The notes: generated by a model not told the origin, from the letters alone. 64,000 nt of DNA from an uncultured Pseudomonadales bacterium (GCA_964403125.1 CAYOEO010000002.1:632-64631); one strand, 5' to 3'. Numbered from the stretch's first letter, positions 21,921-36,018 are shown. Made by a program: numbers and translations.

Positions 21921-23819
21921 ATGAGTTCTGCACCATCTAGCTATAACGCCGACGCGATTGAAGTTCTGACAGGCCTCGACCCAGTGCGTAAGCGCCCAGG
22001 GATGTACACCGATACCACGCGTCCCAACCACCTCGCCCAAGAAATTATCGACAACTCGGTTGATGAAGCCCTTGCCGGTTATGCCAAGCAAATTGATGTG
22101 ATCCTGCACAAAGACGGCTCACTGTCTTGCGCCGATGACGGTCGCGGTATGCCGGTGGATTTGCACCCCGAACAGAAAAAGCCAGGGGTGGAAGTCATCC
22201 TCACTACCCTGCACGCGGGCGGCAAGTTCTCTAACAAAAATTACCAATTTTCCGGTGGCTTGCACGGCGTGGGTGTGTCGGTAGTGAATGCGCTGTCGAC
22301 CGATTTGGAAGTGCTGATTAAACGCGACGGTCAGAAATACCGGATGGCGTTCAAAGACGGCAATCGCGCCAGCGAATTGGAAGTGATCGACAGTGTGTCG
22401 AAAAAGCAAACCGGCACCAGCGTGCGTTTTTATCCTGACGCACAGTATTTTGATTCGGTCAATTTTTCTGTGCCGCGTCTGCGCCATGTGCTGCGTGCCA
22501 AAGCAGTACTGTGCCCTGGCTTGCGCGTGACTTTTTTGGAAGAAAAAACGGGCGAGCGCGATGAGTGGTACTACGAAGATGGCTTGAAAGATTATCTCGC
22601 TTCGGCGTGCGCGGGTTGGGAATTACTGCCGGCAGAGCCGTTTATCGGCAGCTTTACTGGTACAACCGAAGCAGTCGATTGGGCGGTGTTGTGGTTGCCA
22701 GAAGGCGGCGAGCTGTTGGCGGAATCCTATGTCAATTTGATTCCCACGCCGCAGGGCGGTACGCACGTCAATGGTTTGCGCACCGGCTTGTTAGAAGCGT
22801 TGCGCGAGTTTTGCGAATTCCGCAATTTATTGCCGCGCGGTATTAAATTGGCGCCGGAAGATTTGTGGGAGCGCTGCGCGTATGTGCTGTCATCCAAATT
22901 GGCAGACCCGCAATTTTCTGGTCAAACCAAAGAGCGCTTGTCGTCGCGTGAAGCGGCGGCGTTTGTCTCCGGTGTGGCGAAAGATGCCTTCAGTTTGTGG
23001 CTGAATCAACATATTGAAGATGCAGAAAAACTCGCGCAGTTTTGTATTAGCAATGCGGGAAAACGCCTGCGTGCTGGCAAAAAAATCGAACGCAAAAAAA
23101 TCACTTCAGGCCCCGCGTTGCCTGGCAAGTTGGCAGATTGTTCCGGCAGCGATGTCACGCGCGGCGAATTGTTTTTAGTGGAAGGGGATTCGGCCGGTGG
23201 CTCGGCCAAGCAGGCGCGCGACCGCGAGTATCAAGCCATCATGCCGCTGCGCGGAAAAATTCTAAACGCGTGGGAAGTGGATGTGAACGAAGTGCTGGGC
23301 AGCGCGGAAATTCACGATATTTCTGTTGCGGTGGGTGTCGATCCAGGTTCCGACGACATCAGTGGTTTGCGCTACCACAAAATTTGTATTTTGGCGGATG
23401 CGGATTCTGACGGCGCACACATCGCCACATTATTGTGTGCCTTGTTTTTGCGGCACTTCCGTCCACTGGTAAAGGCTGGGCACGTGTATGTCGCGATGCC
23501 GCCGCTGTACCGCATCGACATCGGCAAAGAAGTTTTTTACGCGCTGGATGAAAGTGAAAAGCAGGGCGTGTTGGATCGCATCGCCGCCGAAAATAAGCGC
23601 GGCAAACCCAATGTACAGCGTTTCAAAGGTTTAGGTGAAATGAATCCTATGCAATTGCGTGAAACGGTGATGAACCCTGACACGCGCCGCTTGGTGCAGC
23701 TCACTGTGGAAGCGGCTGACAATACGGATGAAATGATGGATATGCTGCTCGCCAAAAAACGCGCCAGTGATCGCAAAGAGTGGTTGGAGAGCAAGGGTAA
23801 TTTGGCGGAAGTAAGCTGA
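21921..23819 (+). CDS. parE: DNA topoisomerase IV subunit B
   Basis: EIIDNSVDE, GGLHGVG, PTPQGGTH, VEGDSAGG, RFKGLGEM; 632 aa without the gyrB insertion. Confidence 0.95.
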   Translation: MSSAPSSYNADAIEVLTGLDPVRKRPGMYTDTTRPNHLAQEIIDNSVDEALAGYAKQIDVILHKDGSLSCADDGRGMPVDLHPEQKKPGVEVILTTLHAGGKFSNKNYQFSGGLHGVGVSVVNALSTDLEVLIKRDGQKYRMAFKDGNRASELEVIDSVSKKQTGTSVRFYPDAQYFDSVNFSVPRLRHVLRAKAVLCPGLRVTFLEEKTGERDEWYYEDGLKDYLASACAGWELLPAEPFIGSFTGTTEAVDWAVLWLPEGGELLAESYVNLIPTPQGGTHVNGLRTGLLEALREFCEFRNLLPRGIKLAPEDLWERCAYVLSSKLADPQFSGQTKERLSSREAAAFVSGVAKDAFSLWLNQHIEDAEKLAQFCISNAGKRLRAGKKIERKKITSGPALPGKLADCSGSDVTRGELFLVEGDSAGGSAKQARDREYQAIMPLRGKILNAWEVDVNEVLGSAEIHDISVAVGVDPGSDDISGLRYHKICILADADSDGAHIATLLCALFLRHFRPLVKAGHVYVAMPPLYRIDIGKEVFYALDESEKQGVLDRIAAENKRGKPNVQRFKGLGEMNPMQLRETVMNPDTRRLVQLTVEAADNTDEMMDMLLAKKRASDRKEWLESKGNLAEVS

Positions 23820-23850
23820 ATGTGTCAATTTTACTAGAACATTATAAATT

Positions 23851-23960
23851 TGTAGTGGCTTAATAATTCCGGACACTTTTATGGGCAGTAAACTCCTGCC
23901 TGCAACAGAGGTGTTCAATGATAGAGAGAGGAAGTTTTTCCATTCCGTTCAAACGCGAGG
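23851..23960 (+). mobile_element. IS3-family remnant: left end plus first ~15 codons of OrfA
   Basis: TGTAGTGG...TCCGGACAC terminus, GAGGTG RBS, ATG 23918 encoding MIERGSFSIPFKREA, resembling IS3 OrfA (RR.FS.EFKREA); truncated. Confidence 0.6.
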
Positions 23961-24225
23961 CGGTGGGTTCAATCGGTCATTGCAACAATTTCGTTCAGTT
24001 TCTTCAAAGGTGATTGGTACTTCAGTGTTTGCCTGGGTCGTTGGTTCTGTTTATGAGTGACTTCATTTAACTGCGCTTGTGTCCAGCTCGATAGATCGGT
24101 GTCTTTGGGGAAGTGCTGACGAAGTAGACGGTTTGTATTTTATTACTACCTCTCTGCCACGGACTGTGTGGATCGCAAAAATAAACTTGCACATTGGCCA
24201 CGATAGTAAATTTTTTGTGGGCACC
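23961..24225 (-). mobile_element. IS30-family transposase 3' fragment (frameshifted) with terminal repeat
   Basis: HKKFTIVANVQVYFCDPHSPWQRGSN, frameshift, then NTNRLLRQHFPKDTDLS...NQRPRQTLKYQSPLKKLNEIVAMTD*; end resembles IS30 IR (CGGTGGGTTCAATCGGTCATTGCAAC). Confidence 0.88.
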
Positions 24226-24363
24226 CAGTGGTAAAAAACGATTTATAAACTTTTGGTAAAAATGAACTGCAAAGTATGTATCAAGCCCCATCTTTTATAA
24301 GCTTTTCATAAAAACGACAGAACTCATTGATTGTGATGCAGATCATGTTTGAACTTCTACAGG

Positions 24364-25071
24364 TTATACCCCTTCCTCCACCAACGCCGCTATCGCCGCC
24401 AATGCTTCCGGATCTTGCTCTTTCAATTTGTTGGCGATGGTGTGCTGGAAGAAATAACGGAAATCGTCATTTTCCTGCGCGCTGTACAAATTATCGGAGC
24501 CAGGGAGCACAGGCGTTTGATGCGGCTTGCTGCTATCGACCAACATGGCGTGAATTTCGCCGTTGCACTGCAACTGCCAACTAATTACTTCAGTGAGCAA
24601 TAAGGTGTTGGGCATTTTTGATGCCAGCACTGCGTGCGTGCCGATGGTGTCGGGAATTTCCTGTATCACTTCGCGTGCGTGATTGCAGTGAAATTGGTAA
24701 TAGCTGGCGCTGGTTTCCAGTTCGATAATTTTGTGTTCGGGTGCGTCGAAAAAAATCTCGTCGATACCTGGATCGTAATAGCCTTCGAAATGCCCTTCGA
24801 GCGGGTCTTCGATATCGGGGCAAGGCACGATGTTTTTCATCCAAGGCACCAAGCCCACTACTTCGCCGTTCTCGCGCAGCGCCCAGCAGAGAACACGCAG
24901 CGAGAAAAATTTCCCCGGATGCGAGCTGTTGCTGTACAGCATTTCCAAGCCGTCGAGTTCGGGTGCAAGGCGGATAAAGTGCGAGGGAGAAGGCTGGTGC
25001 CGCGCTTTGCGCGCGAGAAAGTCGATCACATTGCTGGTCGTGCCGGTGTCAGGATGGTCAGGCTTACGCAT
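24364..25071 (-). CDS. Conserved-looking hypothetical protein (235 aa) with internal two-fold repeat
   Basis: ATG at 25071 after GGAGG; SLRVLCWALRENGEVVGLV vs LTEVISWQLQCNGEIHAML. Confidence 0.8.
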   Translation of the reverse strand: MRKPDHPDTGTTSNVIDFLARKARHQPSPSHFIRLAPELDGLEMLYSNSSHPGKFFSLRVLCWALRENGEVVGLVPWMKNIVPCPDIEDPLEGHFEGYYDPGIDEIFFDAPEHKIIELETSASYYQFHCNHAREVIQEIPDTIGTHAVLASKMPNTLLLTEVISWQLQCNGEIHAMLVDSSKPHQTPVLPGSDNLYSAQENDDFRYFFQHTIANKLKEQDPEALAAIAALVEEGV

Positions 25072-25212
25072 GGCTACCTCCGGAGGTGGAATAAGCGCGT
25101 GGCGACTGCGCGACGGAGTGCAGCCCTGTAAACTGTGTTCCACTGGCTTCACACTACCGATAATTGCAGCAAACCACAATACTTGCCGTTACAGAATCAC
25201 ATAAACCACTTC

Positions 25213-25773
25213 ATGTTGTCTTTTTCCCAAAATTCAAGCCCGCCGATGGCTGCGGATATTGAGCGTATTTTTAATGCGGTGTTTGCCGAGCGTTGGAATA
25301 CTGTGTTGCTCGGCGGTGCGGCCGAGCCGTTTTATCGCCCGGCGGATGCAGACGATGCGCGCCACCGTATTTTTTATCGTGAGAACTTCGTCTCCAGCAG
25401 CTTGCATGAAGTGGCGCACTGGATGGTGGCGGGTGACGCGCGCCGCCTGCTGCCAGATTGGGGCTATTGGTACGCGCCGGATGGCCGCAATGCTGAACAA
25501 CAACGGGCTTTTGAACAGATGGAAGTGAAGCCGCAGGCACTGGAGTGGTTGTTGCACGCGGCGTGCGGGCTGCGCTTTCGTGTGAGCTTGGATAATTTGA
25601 GTGAGGCGGCGGGCGATGGCGCGGTTTTTAAAGATCGCGTGTATGCACAAGCCTGCCAATATTTGTGTGATGGCGTGTATCAGCGCATGCAAATTTTTTA
25701 CGATGCCTTGGTGCATAATTTTGGCGGATTGCCGCTGTCATCGCTGTCCTTATCGCGTCAATCGTTGGATTAA
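25213..25773 (+). CDS. epmC: Elongation factor P hydroxylase (YfcM/EpmC family)
   Basis: EPFYRPA, SSSLHEVAHW, DWGYWYAPDGR, QRAFEQMEVKPQALEW; start 25213 or 25246. Confidence 0.88.
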   Translation: MLSFSQNSSPPMAADIERIFNAVFAERWNTVLLGGAAEPFYRPADADDARHRIFYRENFVSSSLHEVAHWMVAGDARRLLPDWGYWYAPDGRNAEQQRAFEQMEVKPQALEWLLHAACGLRFRVSLDNLSEAAGDGAVFKDRVYAQACQYLCDGVYQRMQIFYDALVHNFGGLPLSSLSLSRQSLD

Positions 25774-25788
25774 ACAATCGAGAAATTT

Positions 25789-26766
25789 ATGAAAATTGTT
25801 GTCGATGAAAATATCGCCTACGCCAAGCATTTTTTTTCTGGTTTTGGTGAATTGGTGTTATTGCCTGGGCGTAGTATTGCGCCGCAAGATGTGCGTGATG
25901 CTGATGTGTTGTTGGTGCGATCAGTGACGAATGTGAATCGCGATTTGTTGGCAGGTAGTTCCGTAAAGTTTGTTGGCAGTTGCACGATAGGCACAGACCA
26001 TGTCGATCTGGAATATCTCAAACAAGCGGGTATTCATTTTGCTTTTGCGCCAGGCTGCAATGCACAAGCGGTGGTGGAATATGTGTTGGCGGCGTTGGCA
26101 GGCTTGCAAGTGGATTTGCAGTCGGCGCTTGTCGGCGTAGTCGGTTGCGGCAATGTCGGCGGGCGTTTATTGCGCTATTTGCACAAGCTGGGTGTGAATG
26201 CAGTAGGTAACGATCCTTTTCTGTTTGATACAGATTTTCCTCTGGTGGATTTCGATACGGTTTTGCAGTGCGATGTAATTTGCTTGCACACCCCGTTGAC
26301 AAAAACGGGTGAACATCCTACGCATCATCTGTTTAATGCTGAGCGTATCAATCAGTTAAAAGTGGGAACGGTTTTGTTGAATGCAGGTCGCGGTGCGGTG
26401 ATTGATAACGCTGCATTATTGCAGCGATTAGAGCAGCAACAAGATCTGCAAGTGGCGTTGGATGTGTGGGAAAACGAGCCAAAAATTAACGGTGATTTGT
26501 TGGCGCAAGTGGCGATAGGTACACCGCATATCGCAGGTTACAGCGCGGAAGGAAAATTGCGTGGCACAGAAATGGTGTACGAGGCACTTTGTGCTTTTTT
26601 GCAGCAGCAGCCAAGCGTTGTCCCCGTTGTGCTGGAAGGTGAAATAAAGCCCTGCGCCATTTTTGAAGACGATGAAGCGCTGCGTGAACAATATCCCATT
26701 GATGGCGCTTTAGCTTTTGATCGTTTACGCAAATTGTATCGCCCGCGCCGCGAATATGGCCTTTAG
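25789..26766 (+). CDS. pdxB: 4-phosphoerythronate dehydrogenase
   Basis: DENI, LLVRSVT, TIGTDH, APGCNA, LDVWENEP, TPHIAGYS. Confidence 0.93.
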   Translation: MKIVVDENIAYAKHFFSGFGELVLLPGRSIAPQDVRDADVLLVRSVTNVNRDLLAGSSVKFVGSCTIGTDHVDLEYLKQAGIHFAFAPGCNAQAVVEYVLAALAGLQVDLQSALVGVVGCGNVGGRLLRYLHKLGVNAVGNDPFLFDTDFPLVDFDTVLQCDVICLHTPLTKTGEHPTHHLFNAERINQLKVGTVLLNAGRGAVIDNAALLQRLEQQQDLQVALDVWENEPKINGDLLAQVAIGTPHIAGYSAEGKLRGTEMVYEALCAFLQQQPSVVPVVLEGEIKPCAIFEDDEALREQYPIDGALAFDRLRKLYRPRREYGL

Positions 26767-26833
26767 TTTTTAGATTGCCAAACCTAAAAGGTCTAGCTAG
26801 AGTGCCTGCGCTTTTATTGATGTCTACCTTGCT

Positions 26834-27916
26834 ATGACTCCTTTGCAACGCTACCAACAGGATTTGCTGCGACCGGATTTTGTCGCCGATGCTGCCCAAA
26901 AAATTGCGGTGGGGCATTTGCAGCGTCTGTACGACGAGCTGATGGCATCGCGCAATGACGGCAATGTGTTTGCGCGTTTGTTGCGCCGCCATAACAAACC
27001 CTGTCGCGGTTTGTATTTTTGGGGTGGTGTCGGTCGCGGCAAGACTTATTTGATGGACACTTTTTTTGAGGCGCTGCCGTTTTCGCAAAAAATGCGCTTG
27101 CACTTCCATCGTTTTATGCGCCGCGTGCATCAAGAGCTGCGCACACTGAAAGATCAGAAAAATCCACTGGATATCGTGGCGGATCGGTTAGCCAAAGAAA
27201 CGCGCGTGCTGTGCTTCGATGAATTTTTTGTCTCTGATATCGCCGACGCGATGATATTGGGCAGCTTGATGGAAAAGCTGTTTGCGCGCGGTGTGAGTTT
27301 GGTGGCGACCTCCAATATCGTGCCTGATCGTCTGTACGAAAATGGCTTGCAACGCGAACGCTTTTTGCCTGCGATTGCCGTGTTAAAAGCCAGTGTCGAT
27401 GTGGTGAATGTGGACAGCGGTACGGATTACCGTTTGCGCACGCTGGAACAGGCAGAGCTGTACCACTGGCCATTAAGTTCTACTGTTGATGCCACGCTTG
27501 TGAATAGCTTTGCTGCACTATCGAATAGTGCAGGGCGTGAGCAAGTCGAACTGGAAGTAGAAGGACGCATTATTCGTGCGCGGCGTGAAGCGGAAGGCAT
27601 CGTCTGGTTTGATTTTGCCGCACTCTGTGATGGCCCGCGTTCGCAGAATGATTACATCGATTTGGCGAGCGAGTACCACACTGTGCTGCTGTCCAATGTG
27701 CCGGCGCTGCACAAAGGAATTGACGATCAAGTGCGCCGCTTCATCAACTTGGTTGATGAGTTTTACGACCGCAATGTGAAGCTGGTGATTTCTGCTGAGA
27801 AACCACTGGAATCGCTCTACAGCGGCGGTCGTCTGACTTTTGAATTTCAGCGCACGCAGAGTCGCTTGCTGGAGATGCAATCTCACGAATATCTGGCGCG
27901 CGAGCATCATCCTTAG
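26834..27916 (+). CDS. zapE: Cell division ATPase ZapE (AFG1 family)
   Basis: GLYFWGGVGRGKT, CFDEF, ATSN, RTQSRLLEMQ. Confidence 0.95.
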   Translation: MTPLQRYQQDLLRPDFVADAAQKIAVGHLQRLYDELMASRNDGNVFARLLRRHNKPCRGLYFWGGVGRGKTYLMDTFFEALPFSQKMRLHFHRFMRRVHQELRTLKDQKNPLDIVADRLAKETRVLCFDEFFVSDIADAMILGSLMEKLFARGVSLVATSNIVPDRLYENGLQRERFLPAIAVLKASVDVVNVDSGTDYRLRTLEQAELYHWPLSSTVDATLVNSFAALSNSAGREQVELEVEGRIIRARREAEGIVWFDFAALCDGPRSQNDYIDLASEYHTVLLSNVPALHKGIDDQVRRFINLVDEFYDRNVKLVISAEKPLESLYSGGRLTFEFQRTQSRLLEMQSHEYLAREHHP

Positions 27917-28064
27917 CCATTGATTTCATTGTCTGAAATACCCCTTTCTGGTAGGCTGACTTCCCGTCTTTGAGGTGATTTGCGCCGCTGTTTTTCCTCT
28001 ACCGCGCAGCACCCAGTCAAAACAATTTATCAGCGATTAATGCGTCTAGTTGCTCTGTAAGTAA

Positions 28065-30574
<2,510 letters not shown>

Positions 30575-30604
30575 ACAAAGTCAAAAACTGAAAACAAAAA
30601 TTGA

Positions 30605-31906
<1,302 letters not shown>

Positions 31907-31923
31907 TCGCGGTCTGACCCACA

Positions 31924-32226
31924 ATGAAATGGGTCGTTTTAGTTTTAGTTGTGTTGCTGGGCTTCTTGCAGTATCGCCTGTGGGTGGGCGAGGGAAGCTT
32001 GGCGCAAATTGCAGAATTGAAGCACGATATCCAACAACAGCAATTAGAAAACGCACATTTGCGTTCGCGCAATCAAGCATTGTCTTCCGAAATTGATGCG
32101 CTAAAAAACGGCAGCAGCGTGGAAGATCGCGCGCGGCGCGACATGGGCATGATCCATAAAGATGAAACTTTTGTGTTGATTGTTGACGAGCAGGAAAAAG
32201 CGCGCAATGGCAATAAACAGCGTTGA
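31924..32226 (+). CDS. ftsB: Cell division protein FtsB
   Basis: LQYRLWVGEGS, coiled coil, ARRDMGMI; follows eno. Confidence 0.93.
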   Translation: MKWVVLVLVVLLGFLQYRLWVGEGSLAQIAELKHDIQQQQLENAHLRSRNQALSSEIDALKNGSSVEDRARRDMGMIHKDETFVLIVDEQEKARNGNKQR

Positions 32227-32920
32227 GCCGCGTTTGTTTGCCGTGATTCCTGCAGCGGGTTCAGGCAGTCGTTTTGATGCGCGAGAACAAAAACAGTATG
32301 CCGCTTTGCAGAGCGCCACCGTGTTGGAGCACAGCGCAGCAGCCTTGCTCAAATTGCCCGCGCTAAAAAAACTGGTGATCGCAATTCACGCCAATGACAC
32401 GCGCGCTGAAAATTTAACGGGATTGCGCGATGCGCGCGTGCAATTTGTTACAGGTGGTGAAGAACGCTCAGATTCTGTGTTGGCGGCGTTGACAGCGTTA
32501 CAAAATATCGCAGCAGAAAATGATTGGGTTTTAGTACACGATGCCGCGCGTCCTTGTCTCGCGGAGACAAATTTGCAGCAGTTGATTGATAAGCTGTCAC
32601 AAGACGCGGTGGGCGGTATTTTGGCAACGCCAGCAACGGATACCTTGAAGCAAGTGGCAGAAGGTGCTGTTGTAAAAACGGTAGATCGCAGCGCGATCTG
32701 GCAGGCGCAAACACCGCAGATGTTTCGGTTCAAATTATTGTTTGATGCACTACAGCGAGCAAGAATTGAGAAAAAAAATGTTACGGACGAAGCCTCGGCG
32801 ATGGAGTTGGTGGGTCATGCAGTGAAAATCGTAGAAGGTGCGCGCAGCAATATCAAAATCACTTACCTAGAAGATTTGGCATTGGCGGCGTTTTATCTTG
32901 CGCGTGGAGAGTCAGTATGA
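32207..32920 (+). CDS. ispD: 2-C-methyl-D-erythritol 4-phosphate cytidylyltransferase
   Basis: [30 protein letters not shown]. Confidence 0.96.
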   Translation: MAINSVEPRLFAVIPAAGSGSRFDAREQKQYAALQSATVLEHSAAALLKLPALKKLVIAIHANDTRAENLTGLRDARVQFVTGGEERSDSVLAALTALQNIAAENDWVLVHDAARPCLAETNLQQLIDKLSQDAVGGILATPATDTLKQVAEGAVVKTVDRSAIWQAQTPQMFRFKLLFDALQRARIEKKNVTDEASAMELVGHAVKIVEGARSNIKITYLEDLALAAFYLARGESV

Positions 32921-33402
32921 AAATACGCATCGGTCAGGGCTATGATGTTCATCGTTTTGGTGAAGGCGATCATGTGATGTTGTGCGGCGTTGCCGTGCCG
33001 CACGAACAGGGTTTGATTGCGCATTCCGATGGTGATGTTGCGCTGCACGCTTTATGTGATGCGCTGCTTGGCGCATTGGCGCTGGGCGATATCGGCCAGT
33101 ATTTTCCCGATACGGATGCAGTGTATAAAGGCGCAGATAGTTGCGCTTTGTTGCAGCGTGTTTATCAGTTGATTTGTGAAAAAGGTTGGCGTTTGGGCAA
33201 TGCGGATATCACGATTATCGCGCAAGCACCAAAAGTGTTGCTGTATCGCGAGCAAATGCAGCAGCGCGTTGCGCAAGTGCTGGGTGTGGCACACGATCAA
33301 ATCAGTGTCAAAGCCACCACCACGGAAAAGTTGGGCTTTACGGGGCGCAAAGAAGGCATCGCAGCGCAAGCGGTAGTGTTGCTTGAAGCGATCTCTGCAT
33401 AA
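32917..33402 (+). CDS. ispF: 2-C-methyl-D-erythritol 2,4-cyclodiphosphate synthase
   Basis: GQGYDVH, HSDGDV, GDIG, KATTTE. Confidence 0.98.
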   Translation: MKIRIGQGYDVHRFGEGDHVMLCGVAVPHEQGLIAHSDGDVALHALCDALLGALALGDIGQYFPDTDAVYKGADSCALLQRVYQLICEKGWRLGNADITIIAQAPKVLLYREQMQQRVAQVLGVAHDQISVKATTTEKLGFTGRKEGIAAQAVVLLEAISA

Positions 33403-33410
33403 ATCTCATT

Positions 33411-34397
33411 ATGCAAAAGCCGTTGTTTGATTTGGATTTTCCGCGCGCGTTTCCGTTATTGGATATTTGCGCGACTTTTCGTCAGCAGCCTAGCGATTTT
33501 TTTGTCGATGAACAGCTCGGTTTTGAACTCTCTGGCGCAGGTGAACACTTGTGCGTGCGCATCGAAAAAACAGAACAAAATACCGTGTATGTTGCGAAAC
33601 AATTGGCGGAGTGGGCGGGCATCAAATTGATGGATGTCGGCTACTGCGGTTTAAAAGATCGCCGCGCGATTACACGGCAGTGGTTCAGTTTGTATGTTGG
33701 TAAACGCGTGCTGGATGTGTCGCAGTTGCAACTGGAGGGCTGTACGGTTTTGGCAGTGGCGCAACACCACTGCAAGTTGCGCCGAGGCATGCACGCAGGC
33801 AATGCGTTTGTGATTCGCCTGCGTGATGTGCAGGGTGATGTAGACGCATTGAGGCAGCGTTGGCAACAAGTCGTGGTGCAAGGTGTGCCAAATTATTTTG
33901 GTGAGCAGCGCTTTGGGCGCGGCGGCAGCAACTTGCAGCAGGCGGAAGCGATGTTAGACATACACGCCAAACAGTGGCGTGATCGCAAACATCAATTTGC
34001 GGTTTCTGCCTTACGTGCGTGGTTGTTCAATCACGTGTTGGCAGATCGTGTGCGGGTAGGCGACTGGCGGCAATGCGTGGAAGGCGATCCCGATACTGTC
34101 GCCACAGCACCTTTATGGGGACGCGGGCGCGGAAAAAGCCAAGGCGCGTTGGCAGTGCGTGAGCAAAACTTGTTAGCGCCGTACGCGCTGTTTTGTGAAA
34201 AGTTAGAGCACGTGGGTTTGCAGCAAGAGCGACGCGCGCTGTTGCTGCCAATTGCGGCAGCGCACTTCCAGCGTGAACAAAATGATGTGGTATTGCGTTT
34301 TGCATTGCCTGTCGGTACTTATGCAACGGCTGTGTTGCGTGAGTGTGTGCAATTGCAAAATGCACAGACCGCTAGCGACGAAACCCCTGTGATATAG
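33411..34397 (+). CDS. truD: tRNA pseudouridine(13) synthase
   Basis: DFFVDE, GLKDRRA, GNAF, PNYFGEQRFG, GTYAT. Confidence 0.95.
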   Translation: MQKPLFDLDFPRAFPLLDICATFRQQPSDFFVDEQLGFELSGAGEHLCVRIEKTEQNTVYVAKQLAEWAGIKLMDVGYCGLKDRRAITRQWFSLYVGKRVLDVSQLQLEGCTVLAVAQHHCKLRRGMHAGNAFVIRLRDVQGDVDALRQRWQQVVVQGVPNYFGEQRFGRGGSNLQQAEAMLDIHAKQWRDRKHQFAVSALRAWLFNHVLADRVRVGDWRQCVEGDPDTVATAPLWGRGRGKSQGALAVREQNLLAPYALFCEKLEHVGLQQERRALLLPIAAAHFQREQNDVVLRFALPVGTYATAVLRECVQLQNAQTASDETPVI

Positions 34398-34426
34398 TTC
34401 GACGATGATGGTAAAGGTAGTTTGGT

Positions 34427-35098
34427 GTGAACGATTTCAATTTTGATGGTCGAGGCATGACATCGCGACGCACGCGCGATCGTTTGATTGAGCGTCTGAT
34501 GGATCAAGGCATCAGTAATTTTGAAGTCATCAATGCGATTCGCGAAACGCCGCGCCATATTTTTGTCGATGATGCATTGGCGCATCGTGCTTACGAAGAT
34601 GATGCTCTGCCTATCGGCTACAACCAAACACTATCGCAACCGTATACTGTGGCGCGCATGACGGAATTGTTGTTGTCGCGTGGCCCACTCAACCGTGTGT
34701 TGGAAATTGGTACAGGTTCTGGATACCAAACATCTGTGCTCGCGCACTTGGCGAAAAAAGTTTACAGCATGGAGCGCATCGAACCGCTGTTAGAAAAAGC
34801 AAAACAGCGTATGCGTTTGTTAAAACACGACAATGTTTTTTTGCGTCATGCCGATGGCGCAATTGGCTGGGAAGAAGCCGGGCCGTTTGACGGTATTTTG
34901 TCGGCAGCAGCGCCGTTGGAAATTCCACAGCGGTTATTGCAGCAGTTAGCACCGGATGGCGTTTTAATTTCACCGGTGGGTGGTGATGAGCAGCATTTGG
35001 TGATGGTGCATCGCCATGCAGAGACGGGTGAGTACGAACACTTTCCGATTGAGCCAGCGCGTTTTGTGCCTTTCGTGCGCGGCGTGGTGCGCAGCTAA
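34427..35098 (+). CDS. pcm: Protein-L-isoaspartate O-methyltransferase
   Basis: PRHIFV, QTLSQPY, VLEIGTGSGYQ, FVPFV. Confidence 0.96.
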   Translation: MNDFNFDGRGMTSRRTRDRLIERLMDQGISNFEVINAIRETPRHIFVDDALAHRAYEDDALPIGYNQTLSQPYTVARMTELLLSRGPLNRVLEIGTGSGYQTSVLAHLAKKVYSMERIEPLLEKAKQRMRLLKHDNVFLRHADGAIGWEEAGPFDGILSAAAPLEIPQRLLQQLAPDGVLISPVGGDEQHLVMVHRHAETGEYEHFPIEPARFVPFVRGVVRS

Positions 35099-35138
35099 AT
35101 TCTGAAAAAAATGTAAAACAGAAATGGAGTGAACAACA

Positions 35139-36014
35139 GTGAAACGCCATACCATCACAATGTCACTTTTGTTGGTGTTATCGTCGGCTTTGCTGGCGGC
35201 TTGCAAAAGTACGGCGCAACTGCCACCGATAGAACAAATGGCACAGCCTCCCAGCATTCGTTTGAATTATCTCATCGCGTCACGTGATGATTCGCTGTAC
35301 ACCATTGCTTGGCGATACGGCGTGGATGTGCAGGAATTGGCGCGACGCAACAATATTGCGCCGCCGTATCACCTGCGTGCTGGACAAAAAATTATGTTGT
35401 CTGATGGCGATGCTGCTACGCGCTTAGCAGAGTCGCGCAGCGTTGCTACACCGCGCGGTGTGAAAATTGCAGCTGTGCAAGAAGATCAGCCAGTCGTAGA
35501 AGTGGTTTCTACAACGCCTGCGCACACAACACCAACAACACACAGCGCGGTGAGCGAGCAGAGACCCTCTCACACGGCGACACCCGTGTCGGAGTCTGCT
35601 GCATCAACTGTCGCGGCATCGTCTGCTGTGGGGTCAGGCACGAGTGGTCGATGGCTGTGGCCCACCAGTGGTCGCGTGATTACGCTGTACTCAGCCACTG
35701 ACCCGCTGCGTAAAGGCATCGACTTGGAAGGTAAATTGGGCGACCCCGTGAAAGCAGCGAGCTCTGGCTCTGTGGTGTACGCGGGCAGCGGTTTAGCGGG
35801 CTATGGGCAACTCATTATCATCAAACACGATGACCAATTTCTCAGCGCTTACGGACACAATAGCAAGTTGCTAGTTGCTGAAGGTGACACGGTGAAAAAA
35901 GGGCAAGTGATTGCGCAAGTGGGTTCGAGTGGCACGGATAAAAACAAACTGCATTTTGAAATTCGTAAAGCGGGTAAACCTGTCGATCCACTGCTGTATT
36001 TGCCGCGCAGATAA
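35139..36014 (+). CDS. nlpD: LysM/M23 lipoprotein NlpD
   Basis: LAAC lipobox, LysM (SLYTIAWRYG...N), M23-like KGIDL, YGHN, LHFEIR. Confidence 0.93.
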   Translation: MKRHTITMSLLLVLSSALLAACKSTAQLPPIEQMAQPPSIRLNYLIASRDDSLYTIAWRYGVDVQELARRNNIAPPYHLRAGQKIMLSDGDAATRLAESRSVATPRGVKIAAVQEDQPVVEVVSTTPAHTTPTTHSAVSEQRPSHTATPVSESAASTVAASSAVGSGTSGRWLWPTSGRVITLYSATDPLRKGIDLEGKLGDPVKAASSGSVVYAGSGLAGYGQLIIIKHDDQFLSAYGHNSKLLVAEGDTVKKGQVIAQVGSSGTDKNKLHFEIRKAGKPVDPLLYLPRR

Positions 36015-36018
36015 CTTT

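Noticed and set aside
21921-23819. gyrB
   Set aside because: Length, lack of the gyrB insertion and ParE-type motifs (PTPQGGTH, FSGQTKERLSS) favour parE
24226-24360. AT-rich stretch between the IS30 fragment and the 24364 gene as a small gene
   Set aside because: Only short ORFs with no RBS or recognisable motif; probably deletion debris
25789-26766. pdxB as a pseudogene because it is only 325 aa
   Set aside because: All catalytic motifs and the terminal FDRLRK.Y..RRE motif are in one intact frame; only the C-terminal domain is shortened
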